Below are positions 48,604-62,300 of a stretch of DNA of 64,000 nucleotides, piece by piece; positions within the stretch are counted from its first letter, which is position 1, and every line of letters starts with the position of its first letter. Position numbers and translations under genes: made by a program. The notes beneath the pieces are model-generated. The model was not told where the DNA came from and did not search any database. It saw only the letters and a program-made list of their open reading frames with translations. Origin of the DNA: Selaginella moellendorffii (lineage: Eukaryota; Plantae; Lycopodiophyta); NCBI RefSeq assembly GCF_000143415.4, contig NW_003314280.1, positions 248,001 through 312,000 of the forward strand. Reading direction: 5' to 3'.

Positions 48604-48797
48604 GGTTATTTTCTTTGTGTCTGTCTGTTTATAGAGATGCTACATAGCCATTCACATTCTTGCAGAATCTGTGTATAGAGAGTTTTCATACTTTTCTATT
48701 GATAAAGTTCTTTCTCGCACTTATCTAGCTCGTGTTTCCATTAGAACCTTAGGTCTCCTCAGGAAGGGTGATACCGCGTATGGAAGCGAGCGCGAGC

Positions 48798-50833
48798 ATG
48801 GCCAATGCATCATCTCTCCTGTAAAGATTTCCTTCTTTTCCTTGCAAATTGATTCATTGGTTTTGCAGCTCGTCTTCTCTCCCGACCAAGCGTAGAGCTT
48901 CCGCATTGGGTTCTGGGTAAGTGCTGAAAACTCCCGTGTATGCGTATGGTTCTACTAGTTTCCAGAACAAGCGGTAATACAGGGGCGTGGTATCAAGTAC
49001 CCGAGCTCAACCTTCGCGATCATCGTTTCGAAGTTCCTCTCAATTATGCTGCTCCTTCCGACTCGACAATCTCAGTCTTCGCTCGAGAAGTCGTCTCAGG
49101 TAAAAACATATCAGCTCTGGATCTCAAAATGAGAAACTTACAATACAGTTGGAAACGAGGAGAAAGACCTGCCATTTTTGCTCTTCTTGCAAGGGGGTCC
49201 CGGATTTGAATCCCTTCGTCCGCTGGAGTGCAGTGGATGGCTGAAAAGAGCTTGCGAGGACTTTCGAGTCATCCTTCTAGATCAGGTTTCATTCATTTTA
49301 TTCCTGTGTGTTTGATATCTCTTTCAGCGAGGAACTGGGCTTTCTACCGCCTTGACTGTTGGATCGCTGAACCAACTTTCGAGCCCCCAGGCACAGGCAT
49401 CCTACCTCCAGCATTTTCGAGCAGATAACATCGTCAGAGACGCGGAGATGATTCGAAAGAGCCTTGTGCCACACGGAGAGCCTTGGACTCTCCTTGGTCA
49501 GGTAAAGCTCTCGCTTTTTAAACACTTGCAACGCCAACCTTGAAATGATTTTCCTATCCAGAGCTATGGTGGTTTCTGTGCCGTTACTTATCTAAGCATG
49601 GCACCATCCGGCCTGGAGCAAGTGCTACTCACGGGCGGTCTTCCTCCTATTGACGCTGGATGCACTGCCGAGGCCGTGTATCGTGCTTGCTACAAGCGTG
49701 TCCTGCTCCAAAACATGAAGTTTTACCAGCGTTTCCCTCGGGATGAAGAGCTCGTCCGGGAGATTGTTTTACACTTGGCAAGTAGCGAAGGTGGAGGGGT
49801 GAGTCGATCTTTTCTTGCCATTTATATTTATATAAAGTGTGTGATAGGTGCTTCTTCCATCTGGTGGCAAGCTCACACCAAGGAGCTTTCAGTTGCTTGG
49901 CTTGACAGGATTGGGATCACACTCTGGCTTTGAAAAGCTTCACTTCACGTGAGCGCTGCGCTTTTCGTTTTCCTTCTTTTCTTTATGTTTTCTTCCTTCA
50001 GTCACTCTAATTTATTTTTCTTTTATTTCCTTTAGGTTGGAGCGAGCATGGGATCCTGTTCTTGTACCTGGCATTAGCAAGCAGCTTAGCTACACATTTC
50101 TTCGAGCGGTAATCAGCCTTTTGTCTCAAAACGCTTTTTGTTTTAACACTACTTCATGTATAGTTTGAGAACTGGCTGGATTTCGATACAAATCCTTTAT
50201 ATGCACTGATGCACGAGCCTATCTACTGCCAGGTAGGTCGGGCAAATGCAGTTCTCCGGAGGTGCCAATAGCGTGATGTTGTCATGCTTCAGGGTGCGGC
50301 ATCAAACTGGGCAGCACAAAGAGTAAGAGATGAACTGGGTGAGCAGTTTGATCCGGTCTTTGCTGCAAACCATAGCGAGCCCGTTCTTTTCACGGGAGAG
50401 GTATGATTGGTCTTCTTCTGCTGATTTCCTCGCGAACACTGGTCTCAGATGGTGTATCCATGGATCTTTGACGAGATAAAACCGTTGCATCCTCTAAAGG
50501 AGGCTGCAAACCTCCTAGCTGAGAAACAAGATTGGCCAGTTCTCTACAACCATGAGGTTTTACGCTCTAACAAGGTGCACTTTTTCTTTTCTCTTTTCTC
50601 CTTTTGCGCAAAAGACATTCTTTGGCTGTGTCGTTCAGGTGCCCGTCGCAGCAGCGGTGTATTACGAAGACATGTACGTAAATGTGAACTTGTCAGAGGC
50701 GACGGCTGCGTCCATACCAGGAATAAGGCTGTGGATCACTAACGAGTTCATGCACTCTGGACTCCGTGAAGATGGCTATCGAGTCTTGGATCATCTCCTT
50801 GCGATGCTAAAAGGAAAGAGACTGCTTCGATGA
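48798..50833 (+). CDS. PIP: Proline iminopeptidase (alpha/beta hydrolase), multi-exon
   Basis: LRDHRFEVPLNY, LQGGPGFE, HFRADNIVRDAE, nucleophile GQ/SYGG, YYEDMYV, TNEFMHSGLR. Confidence 0.93.
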
Positions 50834-50879
50834 CTTTCCTTTAAACATTCGAAATTCCTTTATTGTTTAGTGAGTTCCA

Positions 50880-52000
<1,121 letters not shown>

Positions 52001-52087
52001 AGCGGACACAAGACTTGTATATATTTACATGGAGAAAATGAAAAAGTAGTAGTTAGGGGAAACAGAGTATGTCGTTTAACTAGAAAA

Positions 52088-52105
52088 CTAACATGGTATC
52101 GGAGC
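52088..52105 (+). mobile_element. Possible LTR end plus tRNA-Met primer-binding site
   Basis: CTAACA followed by TGGTATCGGAGC, at the junction where AKR-F is truncated. Confidence 0.45.
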
Positions 52106-52371
52106 AAACGATGATCTCATGGGCAAAACAAGACCACGCAGCGAGCAGCAACGCGACTTTAGATCGCGTGACCACTTGACTGTAGCAGAAGAAGAGGAAG
52201 GGAAAATCTGTGCTGTAGAAAAGTTCATTGGGGATCGGGGTTGGAGCATGATGGAAATTGTAGAAGAAATGNNNNNNNNNNNNNNNNNNNNNNNNNNNNN
52301 NNNNNNNNNNNNNNNNNNNNNNNNNNNNNNNNNNNNNNNNNNNNNNNNNNNNNNNNNNNNNNNNNNNNNNN

Positions 52372-52733
52372 CAGATGGAAGAAGCACCTATCACACACTT
52401 TATATAAATATAAATGGCAAGAAAAGATTGACTCACCCCTCCACCTTCGTTACTGCCCAAGTGTAAAACAATCTCCCGGACGAGCTCTTCATCCCGAGGG
52501 AAACGCTGGTAAAACTTCATGTTTTGGAGCAGGACACGCTTGTAGCAAGCACGATACACGGCCTCGGCAGTGCATCCAGCGTCAATAGGAGGAAGACCGC
52601 CCGTGAGTAGCACTTGCTCCAGGCCGGATGGTGCCATGCTTAGATAAGTAACGGCACAGAAACCACCATAGCTCTGGATAGGAAAATCATTTCAAGGTTG
52701 GCGTTGCAAGTGTTTAAAAAGCGAGAGCTTTAC
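52372..52733 (-). repeat. Near-identical inverted copy of PIP segment ~49502-49863
   Basis: Same exon and introns with few substitutions (LGSNEGGGVSQS vs LASSEGGGVSRS); abuts an N gap. Confidence 0.9.
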
Positions 52734-52734
52734 G

Positions 52735-53267
52735 TGATATTGAGACTAGTCATGCATCACAGTGACTTCATTACCACTTTTGGACTCCAACGATTTCACT
52801 AGTAAGGAGCCTTCCTCTTCTTCTCAGTTGAGCGGTCACGCGATCTAGAGTCCTTGAAAATGCATGATCTTCGCTTATCTCAAAACTTTAGCTGATTATG
52901 ATTGAAAGACTTTAGGTTGAACCGATGGATTGAGAAACTTCAACTTGAGCTAGTAGAGGAAAGCTCCTTATTAGTGAAATCGTTGGAGTCCAAAAGTGGT
53001 AATGAAGTAACTGTGATGCATGACTAGTCTCAATATCAGAAAAACTGATGCATTTTCGCCTGAAAATTCGTTCCTGAACTTCCTCGAAAATGCATGATCT
53101 TCGCTTATCTCAAAACTTTAGCTGATTACTTTAGGTTGAACCGATGAATTGAGAAACTTCAACTTGAGCTAGTAGAGGAAAGCTCCTTATTAGTGAAATC
53201 TTTGGAGTACAAAAGTGGTAATGAAGTAACTGTGATACATGACTAGTCTCAATATCAGAAAAACTGC
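52735..53267. repeat. 84-bp inverted repeat (52735-52818 / 52955-53038) overlapping a ~230-bp-period direct repeat (from 52856 and 53086)
   Basis: Manual alignment shows 3 mismatches between the arms. Confidence 0.9.
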
Positions 53268-53454
53268 AACTTGAAAGGTATGCCAGTTTTGCCTGCAAGG
53301 GGGTCCATTTCCTACTTTGCAAGCACTTTCAAGTCATCATTTTGGAGGTTTCATTCTTTTACAAAGTTTTGGACAACGTCATCCTGTACCCAAGTTGCTG
53401 GACTGAACTGCTTCCTGTGCAAATAGATGAACGTTTTTGAAATTTACAAGATTC

Positions 53455-53562
53455 AGTTGGAATGATCTCTTCTACATCACGGTCCAAAAAGACCACTCTG
53501 GTGTTGCTATATCTGTAGATGAGCATAAATCTAGTTGGAATGACCTCCTCCACATCACGGGT
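53455..53562 (-). pseudogene. Two tiny AKR exon-3 relics
   Basis: DVEEIIPT and DVEEVIPT fragments matching [12 protein letters not shown]. Confidence 0.6.
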
Positions 53563-53599
53563 TCAAATGATCTCCTAGGAAAATCATTTGATATCTACC

Positions 53600-54900
53600 G
53601 CTACATTGGCAGCGGCAGGAAGGAGTTGAGGATCCAAGGGAGGCGGAGCTGGAGCCAGGACGTGTGGCCCGGCGTGTGGATGTCCGCCAGCGACAAGTGT
53701 GTCATCGGCGCGCAGACCTCGGGGCTGCTCATCGTCTTCCGCCTCGTCTCCTTCGTTACTGCCTGTGGTAGGGGCTCTCCAGGCTGTGGAGTGGGGGGAT
53801 TATGTCCGACACGGACAGCTCCCGGACGGACAGGAAAGCCGGGCACCGAAAAGGCGACGATGGGAGTGGCCAGGACAGCAAAGTTGACAGGGTGAGGCGC
53901 AAGGCGGAAGAGAAGCGGCTGGCTAGGCTAGAGAAGGAACAGATGGAGGCCGAGGAGAGAATGCAACGGGAGGAAGTAGCCAGGCTTGTAGACGAGCGCA
54001 GAAGGCAGAGGGCCGATGCTCAGAACGACAACAAGATGGCTGTCTAAGGCGGGAGTAGTGACGAGCAGGCCCAACGCCCGAAACAGGAGAAAGCCCGGTC
54101 ACGAAAAGCAGTTGATGAAAGTCAAGGCGTCGGTGTTGAAAAAGCAGGACAAGCATGTTGTGTCCGCGACGGCAATAGCTGGTACCACCTCGTCAAGCAA
54201 AGCGAACGCAAATGAAGGAGTGGCGCGTAAGCCATCTGCGTGGAACCGGATCTCTTGGGCGTGGGGTAAAGGAAGGATGACCAAGCACCACCAGAGTATC
54301 AGTGAAGTTCGTAACTTGTTCTTAAGACTCCGCTGCTTTCAAGTGACACGGGTAATCGTTGTCTGCTCAGGTCCAAGGCTTGGATGCTTCAACTAGCACA
54401 TCTCCTGACATCGACGGCGTCCCGCCATCGCCATCGCCATCACCATCATCTGCTCTAGTTGAGGCTGATCTCCAAGCGCTTCACGACAGTGCTTCCTTGA
54501 CTAGTCCCCGCTCGTGCAAGAACGAAATGTCACCAGTCGACGATTGTCTTCCTCCTCCTTCCCCGTCCCAGTCCGTCTACTCGACGTTCATGGCCAGTGT
54601 GTCCAGTCTCAGATGCACAACCGGATTATGACGGATGGGTGGCTAGTGACTTGGCTCCCAAGTCGACGTGGAAAATGTGGGAGGCACCCAACCTCGATCT
54701 TCCAAGGCTTACTCAGTGCATCAACGGCGTGGATCCAGTGTCGTCCCAGCCCAGCAGTGACCTGACATCGTCATCCCTAAGCAGCGGCCCGGTCGGCATC
54801 GTCCCGAGCGTCCCCATCACCAATAACCTGTGGTCCAACTATCATGCATTCTTACAAGTGCTAATCATGGGTGAGTTTCCGGCCAGGCTGCACAAGACCA
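53600..54900 (+). pseudogene. Truncated, frameshifted plant 'stress response NST1-like' (At3g51640-type) gene
   Basis: RRKAEEKRLARLEKEQMEAEERMQREEVARLVDERRR; frameshifts near 53760-53870 and 54045; N-terminal TM/zinc region missing. Confidence 0.6.
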
Positions 54901-55434
54901 AGTCGTTGCCCATCAAATACTGCGATGTGGCATCTGGCACCACCTTGGTGACGACGTCCCTATCAGCTGCTTTGGTACAGGTTCAAAGGTGGAGCTCATC
55001 TTTGAATGCCCCAAGAACATTTTCTCATGGGCTCTTTCCAGTTGACCCCGACTTTGATCCTCGGGTATTCCGAGTCGTCCACCAGGAGATACCCTCGGAA
55101 ACTCTTTGGCGGAGATAGACTTCCGATGGAAATGCTGCTGCAGACAAATAACGTCAACGAGTTTGACCGGTCAGAGACGGTCAAACATAAAGTCAACGCC
55201 GAGCCGTCATCTTCGAATGCCCCAAGAACATTATCTCGTGGGCTCTTCCGCTTGGTTACCCAAGGAGAGATAAAATTTATTAAGTTCAAATTTGAATCTT
55301 CACTTTTGATAATCTATAAGAGCTTCTCGTTCCAACAGCTGGAAGAACCTCGTGTCAGGTGGAATGAATGCGATCCCGCTTGACCTAATTTGGGTATTTT
55401 GGTAGGGTTTTTGGAACTCGCGATCGATCGATCC

Positions 55435-56334
55435 ATGGCGCTTGCTGCTGCGACGTCATCGGCTCTGGCGGGGAGGATCTCGCTGCTCCCGTCGCTCCCG
55501 GCTCTAAGCGAGAGATCGAGCATCAGGTGCGATTTCCAGCAGCAGCAGCAGCAGCGGCGGCGGCGGCGGAGCCCGGAAATGCTGGTGCTGAGAGCGACGG
55601 GAGGGGGAGGGGAGAGTGTGGAAGTGGAGCAGAAGGAAACGATCCTCCCGTCTGGCGAGTGGCCCGAGAATTTCTCCATGCTCAACTTCGAGGATCTCAC
55701 CGTGCACTTGGAGCCATCGCTGTTTAAAGCCGAGGTTTGTGTGTTTTCTTGCATTGCTCCTTGTTTGCTGGGTAGACAAATTCCTTTCTCTTCCAGGCTC
55801 AGCCATCTACGTTTCTCGCGGATGTCATGTCTAGGGAGCTGATCACAGCTTCTCCGGACGCGCTGCTGGAGGAGGTCGATCACCACTTCTCGCATATCTC
55901 CGGGCTTCCGGTGGTGGACAAGGATTTTCACTGCGTTGGTGTTCTGTCCAAGAAGGATAGAACCAAAGGCTCTAAAGGGGTACGTACCACGATTGCATTG
56001 TAGATTTGACAAGGTTCTCTTTTAATCGTTTCTGGTCGTTCCAGCTCAAGACGCCTATTCGGGAAGTGATGAGCTCGCCCGCGATCACCTTATCTGCTGA
56101 CAAAACTGTGTCCGGTCAGTCTAGGAAGAAAGAGTTTAATCTGCGACTAACACCGAAAGCACAGATGCTGCCGTGTTCATGCTCAAGAACAAATTTCATC
56201 GGATTCCTGTTGTAAACAACTCGGGCCAAGTCATTGGTAATGTATTCTCCCGTCGCGATCTCGCTAAACTCTTGAAATTTCCAGGCATTGTCACGAGAAC
56301 TGATATCTTCACAGCAATGGAGGGAGGATCATAG
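55435..56334 (+). CDS. Plastid-targeted CBS-pair domain protein, 5 exons
   Basis: Ser/Arg-rich transit peptide; GEWPENFS; ISGLPVVD..VGVLSKKD; FHRIPVVN..GIVTRTDIF. Confidence 0.9.
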
Positions 56335-56505
56335 CGATGAAACTTCGTACAAACCCGTAAATAAAACAGTTTGCAAAATAACTTCCGGTGCCGGGATTAC
56401 AACGGATTAATCATTAACACCTTGGAAAAGTATATTTTTCATATTAGAAAAGGATATTCGATTTTACAAAGTTCTGGTTAGGGCAACGCGATTTTGAGGA
56501 CAGCT

Positions 56506-57410
56506 ATGGCGGGCGACGAAGAGATCGTGAACATGAGGGAGCCGGCCTATACTTTCGCCAGCATCTATGAGATCGATGTTAGGGTATGCTTCCTCCATCC
56601 AACTCGCGTTTGTTTTCATAGATCGATTGGTGATCACAGGACAAACACGGCCAAAAAGTTTCCATGAGTAAATACAGAGACAAGGTTCTTTTGATCGTCA
56701 ATGTCGCCACAAAATCGTGTGTATCTCCTGTTCTCGATTGATTGCATTCTCCATTTCTCATATGATCCATCCAGGGCGTGTGCTTCAAGCATGTACAAGG
56801 AGCTCAACGAGCTCCACGTAAAATACGTGGACGAAGGTTCTTTTGATCTTGTGTTTCTTTCTCTGGGATCCTCCAAACTATAGCTTCGATTGCAGTCGTG
56901 ATTCGCCAGGGCTAGAGATTTTGGCATTCCCGTGCAACCAATTCGCTGCGCAAGAGCCACTCAGGACGGAATATCTTCAAGAGACAGTCTCTTCTCGATT
57001 TGGGCCACACTTCCCACTCTTTGAAAGGGTACGAGAGATTTCTCACTGAGAATTGGATCCAATTCGAACACTTGATCGAGAATTTTGACGATGTTTGATC
57101 CACAGGTGGATGTAAATGGCCCAAACACCGCAGTTCTCTTCAGGTACCTCAAGGACAAGAGCGATGGCGATCGAATTCGCTGGAATTTCACAAAGTTTTT
57201 GATCAATCGAACTGGTGGAATTGCTGGGAGATACGCCCCTCACATACCACCATACAAATTGGAGGTTGGCTCTTCCCATTCTAGCATTTCTTCATCAATT
57301 TTCTTTGACATCAGGAAGATATCAAGAGCCTCTTGGCTGTGGAGCTCCCATTTGAGGAAGAAAAGAGAAAGAATGCCGCCAAGGAAGAAGAACAGGAGGA
57401 AGAACCCTAA
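56506..57410 (+). CDS. Glutathione peroxidase-like protein with atypical active site, 6 exons
   Basis: KVLLIVNVATKS, GLEILAFPCNQF, VDVNG, IRWNFTKFLI; canonical plant GPX intron pattern; acidic C-terminal tail. Confidence 0.9.
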
Positions 57411-57489
57411 AACGTTTATAATGTAGGAGGGGAAATGGCGCACGTGGAAACTGCGCCAGTGGAAGTAGTGTTTTTAGGGTTCTCAGGCT

Positions 57490-59089
57490 ATGGCATGCGG
57501 TCAGAGCCGCCTCAATGGCTGCTACATCGATTCCTTCCAGCAGCAGCATCAGCATCAGGGTGTGGCATTCTCGCGGCCGGCATTTGGAGCTCGCTGCAAG
57601 CTCGCACCTAGATTTCCCAAGAAAGCGCTGGCGGTGGATGTGCGCCAAAATGCGGCCACTGACACGCAGGAGCAGCAGCAGCGAGCCCCGCTCGAGTGTA
57701 GCCAGGACGTGATCGATGCCGAGGCGAGGCTGTTCGTCCACACCTATGATCGAGTCCCAGTCGCATTTGTGAGGGGGCATGGATGCAAGCTCTACGACAT
57801 CGATGGGAAGGAGTACTTGGACATGGCGGCTGGGATCGCTGTGAATTCCCTGGGGCATGGCGATCCACTGTGGGTGAAAGCCATCTTGGAGCAGGCTACC
57901 ACGCTTGCGCATGTCAGCAATGTCTATCACTCCTTGCCTCAGGTATGGAATTCTTTCTCTCTCTCTTTTTTTTTTTCTCTCGATGTGTTTGGATGGGAGA
58001 GATCCAAGAGAAGTTCTTCTAAAACTTCGTTCATGGTTCTTCCAGGTGAGACTCGCAGAGAGATTGGTCCAATCCTCCTTCGCGGATCGCGTCTTCTTCT
58101 CCAACTCTGGCACCGAGGCCAACGAGGCCGCGATCAAGTTTGCAAGAAAGTACCAGAGGGTGAAAGCGAAAGAGAAGAGCGACAAGCAGGCATCGTCTCC
58201 TCTCGTGGAGGATCCCATCCCGACGGACTTCGTTGCCTTCTCGAACAGCTTCCACGGGAGAACTCTGGGAGCGCTGGCCCTGACGAGCAAGGAGAAATAC
58301 CGCGCTCCGTTCGAGCCGATCATGCCCGGGGTCAAGTTTGTGGAATTCGGCAACTTGGAAGCCGCCAAGAAGATCGTCCAGCAGCAAAGAACCGCGGCGG
58401 TTTTCGTAGAGCCGGTCCAGGGCGAAGGTGGTGTCTATCCAGCCATTGGCCATTTTCTCGAAGGCCTTCGAGCGCTTTGCTCCAGCACTGGAACTCTCCT
58501 AGTGTTTGACGAGGTAAGTTTCAGCACTCTTTTTTTCTTTCGCCAACTTTCCAAAAACTTCCAGGTCCAGTGCGGTCTAGGCCGAACCGGAAAGCTCTGG
58601 GCGCACGAAGCATACGGCATAGAGCCGGATATCATGACTCTGGCCAAGCCGCTAGCTGGGGGATTACCGATCGGAGCGGTGCTCGTGACTCAGGCAGTAG
58701 CGGACGCCATCGTTCCAGGCGATCACGGCAGCACTTTTGCGGGGAGTCCTCTGGTGTGCAGCGCGGCTCTGGCAGTTCTAGATCGGCTGCAAGAGCCCGG
58801 GTTCCTGGACAGCGTCGCGAACAAAGGCAACCATCTGCGAGACCTCCTGAAGCGAATGCTGGCACCGTTTCCGCACGTAAAGGAAGTTCGTGGTGCCGGG
58901 CTGCTGGTTGGGATTCAGCTGGACGTATCGGCGGCGCCGCTGGTGGCGGCGGCTCGCAGCAAAGGGCTGATCGTCTTGACGGCGGGGGCCGGGGACGTGG
59001 TGAGGCTGGCGCCGCCGTTGGTAATCTCGGAAGCGGAGCTGGAGCAGTGTGCGGAGATCCTTGTCAGCTGCATTTCTTCATTGGATTGA
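57490..59089 (+). CDS. argD: Acetylornithine aminotransferase (class III PLP), 3 exons
   Basis: [66 protein letters not shown]. Introns 57944-58046 and 58514-58564. Confidence 0.96.
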
Positions 59090-59375
59090 ACAAGTTTGTT
59101 AGGATTATAACGATCAAAATGCGCGAGTTCTTGATGACTGTGTTTTGCGATTTCTCGCAATCGTGCCGTCTTAAAAAAGATCTAAGCTCAAGACATAAGC
59201 CAATTTACCTATCTATCAATCCTCCCAGTCAATGAAGGGTCAACTCAAAATCAACAGTTTGAACAAAATATTTCCGAATATTCTCTGTCAGTCAGGAATT
59301 ATGAAAAAGGCAATTAAGGATCATGGTCGGGATTCTCAATATTGCATGCTGCGGAGTGCCAAGTCCTAGGGTTTC

Positions 59376-62300
59376 ATGGAGTTCGATGCCGACATGCCTG
59401 ATCGAGGCACTACGGTGCGGTCGTTTCTTGAATCCCAAGTAGTCGGGAAACCGGCCGTGATTGATCGAGCTGTGCAAAGCCTGGAATCAGAGGGCTACGA
59501 GTTTGTGGGGGAGTTGAAAAATCTCACATACGACGAAGTGATCCAGCTAAGGGTGCCTGTCTTTGCTGCTAAGAAGCTTGAGCCGCACCTCAAAGTGCCA
59601 GGTATGTCGTCTCTCGCTTCGCCTTTGTTTGTATGGCTATGACTGTTGTGTTCTGTTCCTTTCCTATGCCCCTTGTTTTCTCTTTGATCCATGTCGGCTA
59701 TGGAGTGTTGCCCTTTGGCTGTGTGTATGCCTTCGGTTTCTTTTGGAGATTGTCGCTGCGTATTTGCCTCAACAATCTATAGAGTATCTTGCCTGGCTCT
59801 TTGGGATCTTGGCTTATGAAATCTGATGCCTTTTATCCATGCCTTCTAACGCACAGGTAAGATGCTATCGCTTGATCTTTTGTCTGGCTGCATCGTTTGT
59901 CGTTCCTTCTAAACACGATTTTTTTGTAATTTTGCAGCGGCGAGAAGAGAGCCCATTACCAAAGGTACTGAACGCCTGCTCGTCCTTTATCAATAGTGTT
60001 TGTTTTGCAGGGGTTGTGGAAGCTATACTACAGAAGTTTGGGGATCAACTCTCGGGCACTATTTCCAGCATGACCCCAGAGCACGCGTTCAAAAGAAAGT
60101 TCCCGCTCACCAAGGTTCCAATTTGCCAGATACCGGTTTCGGGAGGTTGGCAACCGAGTCTTTTGTGGCATGATCTGGAGCAGCCTCTTGGTTCTGGAAG
60201 GATTCTTTCATTGATTAAAAGATCCAAGCCCAGTCTTTTGATTCTATTCGGCATCTCTGGATCCGGAAAGACACGTTGCTTATACGAGATTGCGGTGCAG
60301 CAGACCTGTCTTTACTTCTCGGGCGTGTGTTCCGGTTCTCCTACTGCTGATGGCTCCCGGGACCTGTTGGTTGTGTCCGAGACACTGCAGAGGCTGTATC
60401 CAACAGGCCCGATTCCCGTTTCATCCCTCAAGACCTGTTTGAGGGCGGTGATCCTATCAAGGCTTTTCATTCACTGCAAATTTGACGACCTCCTCAAGCC
60501 ACTCAGCAATTTGACGTTTCTTTTCAAGCAGGTTATGCACCGGCAGCTCAACTATATTCAGGCTGACCCTTGGGCCTATTTAACCGGGTGCATCTTGACG
60601 TTGGCGGAGTCAGCACATGATCTTCCTGCATTGGAGTCTGTGTTGAGCGAGATGCTGTATGCGTACACCTGGGACTGGCCGATTATTTTGGACGAGTGCC
60701 AAGAGGTGAACACATATCTGAAAGACAGGTTCATGACAGGGGATGGGGAGACGGGCAGCCTTAGACGATCAATGCTTGATACGTTTGTTATCGCTCTACA
60801 GGATGCTGGGTTCAAAAACACAGTAATCTTTGCTGGGACCGGGAGATCGCTATTTCATGTGGCCACTCACGTCTCCGAGGTATATTGTATGTGTTCCTGC
60901 GTTTCATGAATCATGGCTAATGTTTGCGTCCATAGACTCTGAAACACCGTGCGAGCATCTACTGGTATACATCCTTTGGCGAGTTTCGGGATGGTGAGTC
61001 CCTGAGGCAATATGCTAGCAATGTGCTGGAGGATTGCAGCGTCATAGACTTTGAGAGGCTCGGGGTGCTGTACAGAGGAAGATATCGGGCGTTTGTTACT
61101 GCTCTTGAGCTCTATATCCTTTCTAACCCGCCTGCAGACGCAGCTACAGGGTTTTTCTTGGATTATGCCAAAAAGACAACATCCATGAGGTACGTGAAAT
61201 TTCACCAAGCGGCAGAGCTTCTCGACTGATGATTGGAATGCCACAGGGGTGCATCAGCAAGCCAGGAGATACGTGGAGATATTATGGACACAGTGAACAG
61301 GACTGTGCTCGATGATGTCTACCGATTTTTTTCACGAGTCCCGAGCGATGAATTGGCGGCAGCGAAAGCTTTAGTTCAATCAGTTGTTGCGAACCACTTC
61401 TTTGGTACAGGAAAGGTGGTCGTGCTGAATCCAACGTTATCACTGGTGGAGTTTGGACTTGGGAGACTTAGTTATGAAGGGCACGGGCTGATGCAGTGGG
61501 TGTATCAAGGTCACGACGGAATTATTGGGCATGCTGATGCAAGCGAAGGATGCCAAGCTGTAGAGATCTTCGAGCCACTGGTTTGTCGTGCCTTGTGGCA
61601 CTATTTTCAGGAGAATTCCTCCTTGCAACATATCCAACAGCATCATTTTCTGGAGAAGGCCGAATTAAGTGCCAGTGCCACTGGGGAGGTTTATGAAACT
61701 GCCGTTGCAGAGATGATTGGGAAGCATTTAGACGGGAAGTGTCTGGCTGATCTTTTCTCATCGTGGAACACACAGCCGATTCCTGCTATCTACAACAACA
61801 CTGCAACTCTTGTCAGGCCTAAGGTTGATCACCTGAACCTCGTTGGGACCGAGACGGAGGACTTCCGTTTAATCGATTGGATAAACAGCGTGACTAGTGG
61901 TCAAGACAACTTCTTTACTTTCTTTTCGACGGGCAGGAATAAGACTTGCGGCCCGGACATATGGTGGTTTTTGACAGTTACGCAATATGCACAACCTGAG
62001 CAGGGAGACAAGCTTCAATGCGCTGGAGAACCAAGTAGTGGGGAGCAGGCAGACGATCGTCAGTCAGTGACAACTTTCATCATATGTGCAGCTCAAATGA
62101 AGACTCTCCAGAAAATGGCAAGGGGTGACTATCAGAAGGCTATCTCTTCGTTGGATAGTAACAAGTTATTCTTGCACAAGAAGGGTGGTAAAAAGGCTGT
62201 GACGAGGGAAGAGGACGACGAAGGTGCGAAGCGAGTGAGGGAACTCGCAAGATTTGGGTGCCTAAAACTTGTGGTCACAACGGATTTTGTAGATTTGACG

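Noticed and set aside
52080-52637. 185-aa ORF as a second PIP gene
   Set aside because: It spans an N gap and only one exon is duplicated.
57322-58368. 348-aa antisense ORF (also 41023-41637, 39520-40164, 18323-18967, 55314-56012)
   Set aside because: Shadow or alternative frames of GC-rich real genes with no motifs.
61227-61232. Tandem stops suggesting a pseudogene or read-through
   Set aside because: They lie inside a frame-preserving GT-AG intron, 61190-61246.
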